From: Octopus sinensis
Lineage: Eukaryota
Assembly: GCF_006345805.1 (NCBI RefSeq)
Contig: NC_042998.1
Coordinates: forward strand, 73,966,001 to 74,030,000
Length of the DNA stretch: 64,000 nt
Direction: 5' to 3'
In this document: positions 39,841 through 52,209 of the stretch, piece by piece
How the letters are laid out: every line of letters starts with the position of its first letter
Position numbering within the stretch: position 1 is the first letter of the stretch
Position numbers and translations under genes: made by a program
Notes under the pieces: generated by a model
What the model saw: the letters and a program-made list of their open reading frames with translations, nothing else
What the model was told of the DNA's origin: nothing
Databases searched by the model: none

Positions 39841-41386
39841 AAACAAATTCATTATGGCTACCGAAAGAGGAGGTGGAGGAGAAAGAGGAGGACGTGGACG
39901 AGGAGGGAGGAGGACGTCGACGACGACGACTGCAACGATGACCTAGCAAATAAGCTCACATGTTTGTTTCTGTTTGAGAATGATTTTTACATCGAACTGT
40001 ATTTAAGAAAAAATATTGCAAAAAGAAAATATTATTAAGGTGTTGGTCACTAATGCTATGATGATCAGCGCTGATAGCAAGCTTTGTCTGTTATAATTAA
40101 ATTTACAACCACAACAAGCACCAAGAACTGTCAAAAAGTTGTCAAACCACCCAAGATTAATATCACTTCTTCGACAGATGGTTTCAAAATTCTATTTGTT
40201 TTCGTATATTTTATTTTTGATGAGGTAATTTTTTTTTTCACTCATTAAAAAAAATAAACTGTCATGTTAACATTTTCAAATTCGCATGTTTGATTTGCGC
40301 ATCCAATGATTCTGCTGTACATGTTCATTCGCTTCTCTGTTGCATTTGTGCATATGCTACATGTGTTATGCATGCACATTAGTGCATAAAATACGTGTTA
40401 TTCATGCATATTTGTGCATTTCTTTGCAGCAACTTATCTTGGTGTCATTGTTGAATGTTCAGCTACAGAATGTACTGATACCTATCTATAATTTTAGAAT
40501 CTACCTCACTGCTATCTCAACACACAAAATAGAATCATTCTTGTTAGTGCAGTGCCAATTAGGGAGACATTGACATTCCTTAATCTTTTCGCTTTCCTTC
40601 GCATCTTCCTCAATTCTTTGGAATTTAAAATCTTTACTTCTCTTCAATTTTTGCATTATGCTGTTTTCTTTTACTTCTTGTTTTAAAGCTCTCTCCCTCT
40701 CTCTCTCTCTCTCTCTCCTCTCCCTCTTTCTCTCTCCCTTCATCTCATCCTTCTCCTTCGCCATATCTAACTCTCAATTTCTTTTTTTTTTTCTCATTTC
40801 CTCTCTTTTCAATTTTTCTTGTTTCCTTTCTCCCTGATTTTTCTTTCTCTCTTTGCCTTCGTCTTTCTATTGTGTCAGACTTTCTCTCTTTTTCTTTCTC
40901 TTCTTTCTTTCTCTTCTTTCTTCCATACCTTCTTCCTTTCTTCTTCTCCTTCTTTCTCTCTCTATCTTATTTCAATTCTAGTCAAACCTGCCAAAAGGAA
41001 TAAATGGTAAGTCTTCAACTATTTCTCCATTTCTAAAGAAAAAAAATCTACCATTTGTGCAGGATTATCAGAATCTGGAGGGAAATAAAATGCTGGTATT
41101 TAAAGCTGTGAATAGGGTGGTGGGAGGGGATAAGCTAAACACGAGATATAAAGTTGGGGTGCAGCTGTTTAGAAATTGGTAAATTTTGTTGCAAAGACAT
41201 TCTTTGGTATGTTGCAGGTAGATATCGTGTAGTTGGCAGCAGCTGCAGGTAATGGTAATTTTATTGCACACTACAACATACATGCATGCTTACACCAACG
41301 CACGCATACACACATGCATATATATATATATGTGTGTGTATGCATATATATATATACATACACACACACACTCATATATAATATAT

Positions 41387-41431
<45 letters not shown>

Positions 41432-42124
41432 GTATTTGTACATAAACGTATGTATATTTAAATACGCATACATATATATATACATATACATTTATACATA
41501 CATCCATACATACATACACATATACATACATGCATACATATATGGTACACACATACACACACGCATACGTACACACACGCATACGTACACACACGTACAC
41601 ACACATACACACACACACACACACACACCACCATGAACATTTCATGATGTCTCTCATTCATTATTCATACGCCACTGTGCATACAACATAATAGTGTACA
41701 AACATATTAGATCAATCATCTGCCATACCAGTATACAAAACAAGATGCACGATCAATCACAGATTATAATAGAGTACAAACAAGGTACTAGATCAATCAT
41801 AGATTAATTGAGTACAAATGAGTTCTTAGATCAATGATTAATTTTACCAGTGTACAAACGAAATACTGTATCAACCGTAAGTTATATTAGAGTACAAATA
41901 AAGTATTAGATAAATCAAAGGTTACACTAATGTATAAACAAAATAGTTGATCAGTCATACCAGTTTGCAAACAAGATATTTGATCAGTCATATGTTATAC
42001 TAGAGTACAAACGGGTTATCTGATCATTCATGGGTTATTCTAGTCGTGCTATGGCTCCAGTTCGCTCCACAAAAGAAGAACAAAGAATACAATTGAGTTC
42101 TCCACAGATCTCACACATTTTGCT

Positions 42125-42440
42125 GGGCACTCCGTCGATCACTACGACGAGTGTTCTGTTTTATACGATCAACGGAACAGCCTGCTTGTCAAATTAACAC
42201 GCAAGTTGATAAACACTCCACAGACATGCGTGCCCTTAACGTAGTTCTCGGAGATTCAGCGTGACACAGAATGTGACAAGGCTGGATCTATGAAATACTG
42301 GTACTATTCATTTTGCCAGCTGAGTAAGTTGGAGCAACGAGAAAATAAAGTGTCTTGCTCAAGGACATAACGTGTCGCTGGGAATCAAACTCGTGTTGGT
42401 GAGCTGCATACACAAACCACTAAGCCACGCGCCTTCACAC
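42125..42440 (-). mobile_element. tRNA-derived SINE (head type B, body Y)
   Basis: Head with tgtccttgagcaagacactt. Body gagaactacgttaaggg..gttccgttgatcg is shared with 38713-39101. Confidence 0.85.
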
Positions 42441-42454
42441 ACAATTAACAACCA

Positions 42455-42975
42455 CAGGAGTGGCTGTGTGGTAAGTAGCTTGCTTACCAACCACATGGTT
42501 CCGGGTTCAGTCCTGCTGCGTGGCATCTTGGGTAAGTGTCTTCTATTATAGCCTCGGGCTGACCAAAACCTTGAACAACCACAGGAGTGACTGTGTGGTA
42601 AGTAGCTTGCTTACCAACCACATGGTTCCGGGTTCAGTCCTGCTGCGTGGCATCTTGGGTAAGTGTCTTCTATTATAGCCTCGGGCTGACCAAAACCTTG
42701 TGAGTGGATTTGGTAGACAGAAACTGAAAGAAGCCCGTTGTATATATGTATGTGTGTGTATGTTTGTGCTTCTGTGTTTGTCCCCCACCCCCCACCAACG
42801 TCGCTTGACAACCGATGCTGGTGTGTTTACGTCTCCGTCACCTAGCGGTTCGGCAAGAGAGACCGATAGAATAAGTACAAGGCTTACAAAGAATAAGTCC
42901 TGGGGTCGATTTTGCACGACTAAAGACGGTGCTCCAGCATGGCCGCAGTCAAATGACTGAAACAAGTAAAAGAAA
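42455..42975 (+). mobile_element. SINE family A with 127-bp tandem duplication of its head
   Basis: 42447-42573 is repeated at 42574-42700 with one mismatch. Confidence 0.93.
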
Positions 42976-43409
42976 AAAAGAAAATAATAACCATCATTTT
43001 TAACAACGGCAACGACAGAATCAAACAAGCCAATGAGGAAGTGTTTAGTCTCTAGATCTACAAGAAATAGCAGCTAAATCACTCACGCGTAAAATCTAAC
43101 TTTTCTTTCTGCAAAACAAATTGGCTAATTTGGATAGTGTAGTTTTGGGTTCCCTGCACAAAGAAATAAAAGATAGGAATATGACGACTGGAATGTTTTC
43201 GAACATAAGTCAGAGCTATCAGGACTGACTCGAGGGCTAAACAACTACAGTCAAGCAACACAGTCAAGCAAAAATTTCCGAAACAGGATGCGGTTTCTTA
43301 TCGCAGCAATTTCAAACCACCATAGTTCCCAATTACAGCATCAAACCACCACCTCAGACACGGAGACTGTATCGCCACCAACTTCAACTTCACCACCAAC
43401 ATCACTACC

Positions 43410-43910
43410 ACTATAATAACAACTACTATTGCTACTACTACTACTACTACTACTAATAATAATAATAATATAATAATAATAATAATACTACTACTACAAT
43501 AATTACTGCTGCTGCTGCTGCTGCTACTCCTACTACTATTCTTACTGCTTCTCCTCCTACTACTACTGCTGCTCCTACTGTTACTACTATTACTACTATT
43601 ACTACTACTACACTACTCATTACTACTTTACAACTGCTACTACTACTACTACTACTACTACTGCTGCTGCTGCCGCTGCTGCTTCTACTATTACTACTAT
43701 TACTACTACTGCTGTTACTACTACTACTCCTACTACCCTTATTACTACTACTACTATTACCACTCTACTACTACCACTACTACTGCTGCTGCTCCTACTA
43801 TTACTACTACTATTACTACTACTACTCCTACTACCATTATTGCTACTACTACTATTACTACTACTACTACTACTACTTCTACTATCATTATTACTACTAC
43901 TATTACTATT
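43410..43910. repeat. degenerate (TAC)/(TAA)/(TGC) triplet array
   Basis: Visible array; continues at 44822-44980 beyond the foldback insertion. Confidence 0.92.
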
Positions 43911-43911
43911 A

Positions 43912-44821
43912 GGCGAAGTTTCGCATGTCGTAGAACAGATTTCCGTCGATTTCCGTAAAAAACTTTTATTTTTTTACATAAGTAATGAGAGCGAAAGAGA
44001 CTAAGAGGAAGCGATTTTATGACGAGAAGGTTTCACTTTGAAATCGGCCTGTGTGTGTTTGATGGGGTGTGGGAGACAGACAGTATGTTGTGTAAGTGAA
44101 GTGCTTCTGTTAGTGTGTGCGAACAGACAGAGAGAGTAATGTGTGAAAGAGAGAGATAACTGATTTTTTACTCGGTGTATGTGTGTATGCATGTATGTGT
44201 GTGTATGTATCTATGTATGTGTGTGTGTGTGTAAGTATGTGTGTGTGTAAGTATGTGTGTGTGTGTATGTATGTATGTATGGCCGATTCATCGTAATTTT
44301 TTACTCGGTGTATGTGTATATGTATGTCTGCATGTATGTGTGTGTGTGTATGTTATGTATCTATGTATGTGTGTATGTGTATGTATGTATGGTCGATTCA
44401 GTGTAATTTTTTACTCGGTGTATGTGTATATGTATGTCTGCATGTATGTGTGTGTGTGTATGTATCTATGTGTGTGTGTGTGTGTGTGTGTAAGTATGTG
44501 TGTGTGTATGTATGTATGTGTGTGTGTATGTATCTATGTATGTGTGTGTATGTATGGCCGATTCATAGTAATTTTTTACTCGGTGTATGTGTATATGTAT
44601 GTCTGTCTCTTCACACACACTTACAGAAGCACTTCACTTACACAACATACTGTCTGTCTCCCACACCCCATCAAACACACACAGGCCGACTTCAAAGTGA
44701 AACCTTCTCGTCGTAAAATCGCTTCCTCTTAGTCTCTTTCGCTCTCATTACTTATGTAAAAAAATAAAAGTTTTTTACGGAAATCGACGGAAATCTGTGC
44801 TACTACAACCGAAACTATGCC
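43912..44821. mobile_element. 910-bp foldback/MITE-like element with 220-bp TIRs
   Basis: 43912-44131 is the reverse complement of 44602-44821 with scattered mismatches. Ends GGC...GCC, each flanked by TA; internal tandem units. Confidence 0.9.
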
Positions 44822-44920
44822 TACTATTCTACTACTACTACTACCACTACTACCACTACTACTGCCGCTGCTGCCCCTACTATTACTGCTCCTACTCCTC
44901 CTCCTACTACTACCACCACC

Positions 44921-44959
<39 letters not shown>

Positions 44960-46533
44960 GCTACTGCTACTGCTACGCCACTATTCAAAAGCATTATCCT
45001 TTTTACTCAGTTCAGAAAAAGAAAGCGCATACCAACGATAATAACATCAATAACCTCATTAACCTCAAATATTGTCATCGTCGCTATCATCGTTGCCGTC
45101 GTCGTCGTCATCATCTTATTATCCTTCATCGCAATTTATCTTCTAGCGTCTGTTTACTAAAATAACACTGCGCGCTCGCGCGTGCGTGCGTGTGTGCGCG
45201 TGCGTGCGTGTGTGCGCGCGCGCGTTTGTTCTGTCTGTTACGCTTTGAATCTGACCTGAATTTCATCCCCGCACATTTTTATCTTAATGAGGTATGCGGG
45301 AGGAATACGCTTCCTCAGAGTCAAGTGATAACCACTTTTATCTCATTTTGTTTTTTTTTATTTCACCTGCATTGTATACACTGTCTGTAAGAAGAATCAG
45401 TTCTCATTCACAGAAAACAGTGTGATAAAATTTCGTATTTTATTTCGTTTTTGTTTTTTGCTTTTTGTTTTTTTTTGTTTTTATTTGGCTTGCAAGAGCC
45501 TTGGTGTGAATTCGTATGTTGAAACAAATTTCGTTGTCTTCGGAAGGTCATTATGCCCAATGATAACTAATAATACACGCACTGGTTCAGTTCCATTTCT
45601 TTATTGTTAGTGATTATTAATAAAGAAGTGTGTTATTGTTATTATTGGTGTAATGATCCTCCCAAGACGCGACAACATTTCATATTTGATTCATAGATAT
45701 CATATGCAAATCTTTTAATTTTTTTGTACTTTTCCTAAATTCTTCAGTAAGACGAACACAAGGAGGTGGTTTTTCGTGGATTTCAACGACTATGAAACCA
45801 ACTGATGCAACATAGTACTGAAGACTTTGCAGCACAAAGACAAAACCTGGAATATCTGTTGAAAGAATATCCTTTTAGCATATAAGAAGGCCATATCCAA
45901 CCCAAATATTCTACTTGTTTTATGCTCAAAGCAGCTTGAGCCAGCTTCTCAAATCTAATCTACAAAGTCACTATAAAAATAAATAATTACATCATCAAAA
46001 ACTGCAAAACTTCGAGATAACACTGAGTAAAATTTTTTTGTCTTTTTTTAACATTTGGTCAGTGAGTATTATTTCCTATTTGCTTCTGTCTAGAAATCGA
46101 GGGAAATTACTGCTATTCCCTTCAAGCTCTGCTTCTGTGACCTGGATATCAAAGTTTAGAAACTGGCCTATTTTCCTTACCATTTCAGACAGATCCAGCG
46201 CTGAGGAGCTGAAGCAGAAATATTGTTATGGCCAAGTATTCTGCTCAATTTTACAGATTTGTTTGTCCCTTGCTTGAGCTTAATCACTTGAGCATGTCCC
46301 TTAAAATATGTGCATCTCTGAACATGAGCAGGAGTCATGGTGAAGCATAGTAGCTGTGTGTTGAGAGGGATTCTTTAGAGTTTTGATAAATATCGTAACA
46401 AAAGCAAAGTTTCAAAGAAATAATAGCCATTTTTCATACTTTCTGGGGCTAAACAAATGAGAAATAACATCTGCTACCCAAGGACACAAATCGTGTTACA
46501 CAGTGTAATGCATGATTAAATCAAAATAATATG

Positions 46534-46918
46534 AACAAGAGCACTCAGAGAGCGCAAACCTCCGCCAAGGCAACACCATCGTCTTCTCAACGATTAGTCA
46601 GAGATGATTTTTAAAATGAGAATATCTGAAATAAGTTTGACTGCTGTCACAAACAAGAACACTAAAAATGAATCCGACCGCTCTCAAAAATTAAGTAAAA
46701 AAAAAAAAAAGAAAACAAGAAAAATAATCCAGAATCCTTGTCCGGTACCAGATCGATCCCAAAATCTAATCAGTTCATGCCAGTCACAAGTCCAAACATC
46801 CCTGAAAGTTTCATCCGAATCCGTCCAGCGGTTCTTGAGATTTTTTGTCAACAGACAAACAAACAAAGAAACACGTCTGAAAACAATGTCTCAGCGTTCG
46901 TTAAAGCGGAGGTAATAA
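46534..46918 (-). mobile_element. Helentron-type non-autonomous element (HINE)
   Basis: Subterminal inverted motifs acctccgc (46558-46565) / gcggaggt (46906-46913), gtttgtttgtctgt microsatellite, terminal hairpin gcgctctctgagtgc. Confidence 0.75.
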
Positions 46919-47397
46919 ATAAGCATAACATTTAGCAGTGTGATCTGAACGCTAAAGAGGTATTATACTCAGTCACTTCTCCAGAACCTACGTATCATTT
47001 TATTTCACAAATCTGGGATATGCTCATTTCGGGAACTGAAAACTATACGAGGACGCAATGCTGCACATACAAGGAAAGCAACTTTAAACATGAGTCTTAT
47101 TGAGTCTGATGAGGAATTTGACAAAAATATGGGTGACACCGGTGAATTTGCAACATGTTCTGCAACTTAAATTCGGTTTCTGCTTATTTCAAAATTGGGG
47201 AATTTCACATGAAGTTTCATCAAAATCGCAAGTTATCAACGACCAAAGGACATGGACTGAAGGTCCCTAATGATGACTATCGGGAACAGCTAGAGAGAAG
47301 TGTTGTGCTTGAATAGCAAATGAGACTTTCTCTCCTCAGCTCCTCCCACGGTTGCCTGTACCGAGACACATCATACTGTCAGAATCCTGTATATGTC

Positions 47398-47893
47398 ACT
47401 AGCAGTATCGCCCGGCGTTGCTCGGGTTTGTAAGGGAAATAACTATATAAGCATTTTTAGAGAGTTACTTCCCTTATAGATGCCAGTTCGGGCTTTCTTA
47501 GTCATTCCTGTTTTGGTGTCTTCAAGCCATGAAGTCGTTGTTCTAAAAGAACGCTGGTCTCCTTGACAACGCTTTACGACGTTGATTTCCTTACACTCCC
47601 TTCCCCACAGCTTCACTAGGGAGGGAAGAAGGGGAGAAGCAAACAGGTGCAGGTGTGACCATGGACGCCAGCTCCGCCGCCATCGACACACGAAAAATTA
47701 TGCATTAAAATGGAATAAAAAATTATGTTAAATTATTTTTAAAATCGTAGACTCATCGTAGACGGGCTCGATATGAATCACGACTATAAGATACCCGAAT
47801 TTGGTTAAACTGCACCGCAAAATGTGGGAGTAGTTAGGAATCTAAATCGAAGGGGACAGACACTTACACAACTACAGTTTTATATATATAGAT
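47398..47893 (+). mobile_element. Helentron/Lep1-like non-autonomous element with extra internal sequence
   Basis: Same termini as 50994-51392 (actagcagtatcgcccggcg ... tatatatagat), plus about 214 bp (47479-47692) absent from that copy. Confidence 0.75.
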
Positions 47894-47986
47894 TAGCTAA
47901 CGGTTTCACGTGCTAATATGATTACTATATCGCTACGTCTATCTATTTATTTATCTATCTATCTACATATCGGCCTTTCTGCCTTC

Positions 47987-48076
<90 letters not shown>

Positions 48077-48329
48077 ACATATATATATATATACATATAT
48101 ATACACAAAATGGGTCAAGAACGCAAAACATCCAAATAGACGATACAAAAAACACGGACGGGTCATTCCAATCCTTTAATCTTCAGTCAAGAACCGGATC
48201 GCAATTTCGGCTGATTAATCTTGAGATTGCTCCAATCTGGCCAGCGCCAAGGAAAAAACTAAGCGAAGAGCATTAGATTCCTTGGAAAAAGGATTGAACG
48301 TATGAGAAAAAAGGACGGAAAAACGGACG

Positions 48330-48382
<53 letters not shown>

Positions 48383-49025
48383 GTGTGTGTGTGTGTGAGT
48401 GTGTGTGTTGTGTGTGTGTGTGTGTGTGTATGTATATACACATGCATAAGTAAACGATCATTATAAGAATTAAATCATTAAGCGGAGTTCAATAAATGTC
48501 ATCAAATAAAATGAAATGAAGCAAATTTTGATGTAAGTGATGGGAGTTTTCATTTATTCAATTAACTTAGACAGCTGTTTCTGTCAAAAAGACCATGATA
48601 TAAAAGATAAATGCATATTTATTGTCATATAATGTCTTTTTGTACTCATTGGTGGATTATAAGTAAAAAAAAATTTAATTGAATTTATTACCTTGCGCTT
48701 TTTCTTCTCTATCATAATATTAGTTCTTTGTATTCACGAAATGCAATTGAAAACTAAGACTTAAGTGCGTAACTTTACTGTTAACTCCCTCCCTACCATA
48801 TCTAAATAAATATCTCCCCCGTTTATCCCTAAGTGGTCAAAAGACCATGCGTCCAAATAAGGAGTTACATAGTTTTTGGAATAATATATGTATACATATA
48901 TATGCATATAAAATATACTACACATTATTATGCACAAGTATACTACATATATATGTGTGCGTGTGTGTGCGCGCGCTTGTGTGTGTATATGTATATGTGT
49001 GTGTATGTATGTATGTGTATATATA

Positions 49026-49095
<70 letters not shown>

Positions 49096-49097
<2 letters not shown>

Positions 49098-49300
49098 CGG
49101 AGGTGTACTTGCATAGCAAGTGACCTGATCTGAGACCGTGTGCTGGAACGAAAACAATTGCAGCGCGGAAAGTGTTTGTAAGCCATTAAAGAAACACACA
49201 AAACCCGTTAGATTCACTTCAACATTAAAATTTAATTTGTGAAAATATTTTCGTCGCTTTCAAACCGCGACCTGTTCACTGACAAAATTCCGTGCTGCAT
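49096..49300 (+). mobile_element. interspersed repeat (second copy of the 1880-2078 family)
   Basis: tacggaggtgtacttgcatagcaagtga...cctgttcactgacaaaattccgtgc. Confidence 0.75.
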
Positions 49301-49849
49301 ATAGATATATAATGATCCTACATTTCAACTCCCCGACAATCGCTTTTACTCTCTTCTTGAAAATCATTTCATTTTCCTCATTCCAGTTTCTATGCAAAAA
49401 GATCTCATATAATAATTTGCTCTGAGGAATCACTATTTATTATGTTCTGTGGTGTCCTTGATTTATGGTAAACATGGAAAAATATTAACACAAGAACAAT
49501 GAGGAGGCTAATGCCATTGTTGGTGAGAAGTAAGTGGGACAAGAGTTAAAACATGTTTATATCAATAGAGGAACCCAAGTTCATAAAACCCCTTTGCGCA
49601 TCTCAACATTCATGCGACAAAATCGATGGCAGAATCCTAAATGAAAAGGCAATAATACATCTAGTAAAAGAGTAAAGAGTTGAAGATGCTACAAGACAAA
49701 TTAAATGAATATTTTTTTTATGCAATAGTCCGGAAGGAGACATCAAGACGAGTGCTAGAGTGTAATTTTCAGTGTGGTACTTTATGAGCGCTGTTATACA
49801 AAGTGTTGTGATATATATAAAGAAAGAATGAGAGAATAGAGGGAGATAG

Positions 49850-49912
<63 letters not shown>

Positions 49913-50743
49913 AGGAAGGAAGGAAGGAAAGAAGGAAGGAGAAATGAGAGATTGTACAGACACGCATAATCGCCGAGGGATGCAGTGATAATATTTTAGA
50001 CGCTGGAGCAGACAAAATTCTTACTGCTTCACTATCTCTTCTCTCTATCTATCTCCCTTTCCCTCTCTCTCTCTCTCTCTTTCTCCTTCTATCTCTCTCT
50101 CTACCTCTCTCTCTCTTTTCCTTTCGGTCTTTCTCAGTCTCTCCTGTCTTTTCTGGGTATGTATGTCACACCCAACTATCACTAATAGTTTAACTTACTA
50201 TATTTCAGTATCTAAGCGGTACAATAAGACATATAATACTTTATCTAATAATATGACAAAGTATTGCACGGTGCACAGGGCAACTTGCACTCACTAATTA
50301 TTATAAAATATAATTATCAAGCAAATGAAGAAAACCGAAAATAATCATGTATTTTTGCCAATTTTAATGTAATTACCAACTTCCTAAATACCATCAATGA
50401 GAAGTGTCAAAATAAATTGAACAAGGGTCAGGTGTAATTTGTATTCGTTTGTCTATAATTGTCCTGGTGTCATCTGTTGAATGTGGTACCATAGCCAAGA
50501 TATGATATGCAACTCAGGCTTCCACTGAACTACAGGAAATCCGACTAGTTTAGCATGTATAAGTGTTAACACATCACGCATGATAATTCTTGAGCGTATT
50601 GTTGCTAACGGATAATTTCTTCTCACATTTAGCAGTACAAGAAGGAAGAAGTTGTGAACAATTCAGTAATGGGTGTAAATACTGGACAAAGTGGCATCTA
50701 CGATCTTCCACAAGATCTCTAACACATTTTTTTTAGTATAGAG

Positions 50744-50954
50744 CAGTGTTTCTCAACTCTATTTGATCAACGCGCCATTTTCAAAAACAAACGTGCGCCC
50801 CACTATGAACTAACAAAGTTAGTATATAGCGGGTACATATTCAAAAGAGGTTTTAATGTAAAATTTATTGCCAGTTTTATTCACATGCTCCGCTTCCCAT
50901 CAAAATATTGACACGGCTCGCTGGTGGGACGTTGCCCCACCTTGAGGAACATCG
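50744..50954. mobile_element. decayed hAT MITE
   Basis: Ends cagtgtttctcaa / ttgaggaacatcg; near-TSD gtatagag / atataaag. Confidence 0.5.
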
Positions 50955-50993
50955 ATATAAAGAACGACAAATACTTAAACGTCTTATAAAGAG

Positions 50994-51392
50994 ACTAGCA
51001 GTATCGCCCGGCGTTGCTCGGGTTTGTAAGGGAAATAACTATATAAGCATTTTTAGAGAGTTATAGCCAAAAAATAGCAAAAAAATGCATTAAAAATGGA
51101 AAAAAAATGATGGTAAATTTTTTTTTTAATTGTTGACTCATCGTAGACATTTTTAGAGAGTTACTTCCCTTATATAATAGCGAAAAAAAGCATTAAATTG
51201 GAAAAAATGATGGTAATTTTTTTTTTTAATCGTAGACTCATCATAGACGCGCGCTAATACCCAGAAGGGCTCGATATGAATCATGACTATAAGATACCCG
51301 GTTTTGGTTAAACTGCACCGCAAAATGTGGGAGTAGTTAGGAATCTGAATCGTAGGAGACAGACACACAACTTCACTTTTATATATAAAGAT
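50994..51392 (+). mobile_element. Helentron/Lep1-like non-autonomous element
   Basis: Same termini as the 47398 copy; internal tandem duplication of about 90 bp starting at tttttagagagtta. Confidence 0.75.
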
Positions 51393-51964
51393 ATGAATTC
51401 AAGTTTCTCCACAATTAGACCGTGTTTCAAGGGCTCAGTAACCTTTAACGACGACACACATTTCATTTAGCTGGGATCTATATGTACTTTAAGGTTCAGA
51501 AGTTTGAAAACATTCCAGGGAATTTGCAAGTTTTTTTATACGACTCATAGGAAACGGTAAATCAATACTCCTCAAAAGGGGCGGTATCACTCCGTGGAGA
51601 GAACAGTAAAAAATATTATATACGTACTGGGAACAAAGAAGGTAGCAGAGTGCGACAGATGCATCCGCACAGCTTTTGTAGTCTTTGTGTTTCTACGTTT
51701 AAAATAAATTTAAATGTATTATTATGACAAACTGCTAGTTAGTGTAAATCACAACACAAACGGCAATGATTACAAGAGCGATAACATTAGGAACAATAAT
51801 AAACAAAACTGATATATAATATATGCATGTAAATTACAATAAGCTTAAGTATAATATAAAAGCCATTTGTCAAAATTTACTTGTATTTCCATGCAAGCAA
51901 AAAAGACGGCCACTACATACCTGTAGCATTAGATGTCATTACTTGTACGTATCTCTCTCTCTCG

Positions 51965-52014
<50 letters not shown>

Positions 52015-52209
52015 GCAATTGTACATGCTTGAAAGTTGTCAATTTTTTCTATGGCATCTGTTACTCAATCAACTCATGTGTATAAATAGAAGTGTAAACT
52101 CGAAGAGAAAGTGAATGGGGGGGTGAACATGTAGAAAATATAAGTTTATATCGAAATAAAAAGATAAAATTGAGAAGCTATGTTGTAGTTGATCAACGAG
52201 GATAATAAA

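Noticed and set aside
40501-40690. Charged minus-strand ORF ALKQEVKENS...CLPNWHCT as an exon
   Set aside because: No usable acceptor (preceded by a GA repeat on that strand) and no recognisable family.
46181-46208. 28-nt minus-strand microexon candidate (ttcag|...aaatg|gtaagg)
   Set aside because: Good splice sites but opposite in strand to the other candidates, not frame-preserving and unsupported; such matches are expected by chance in 64 kb.
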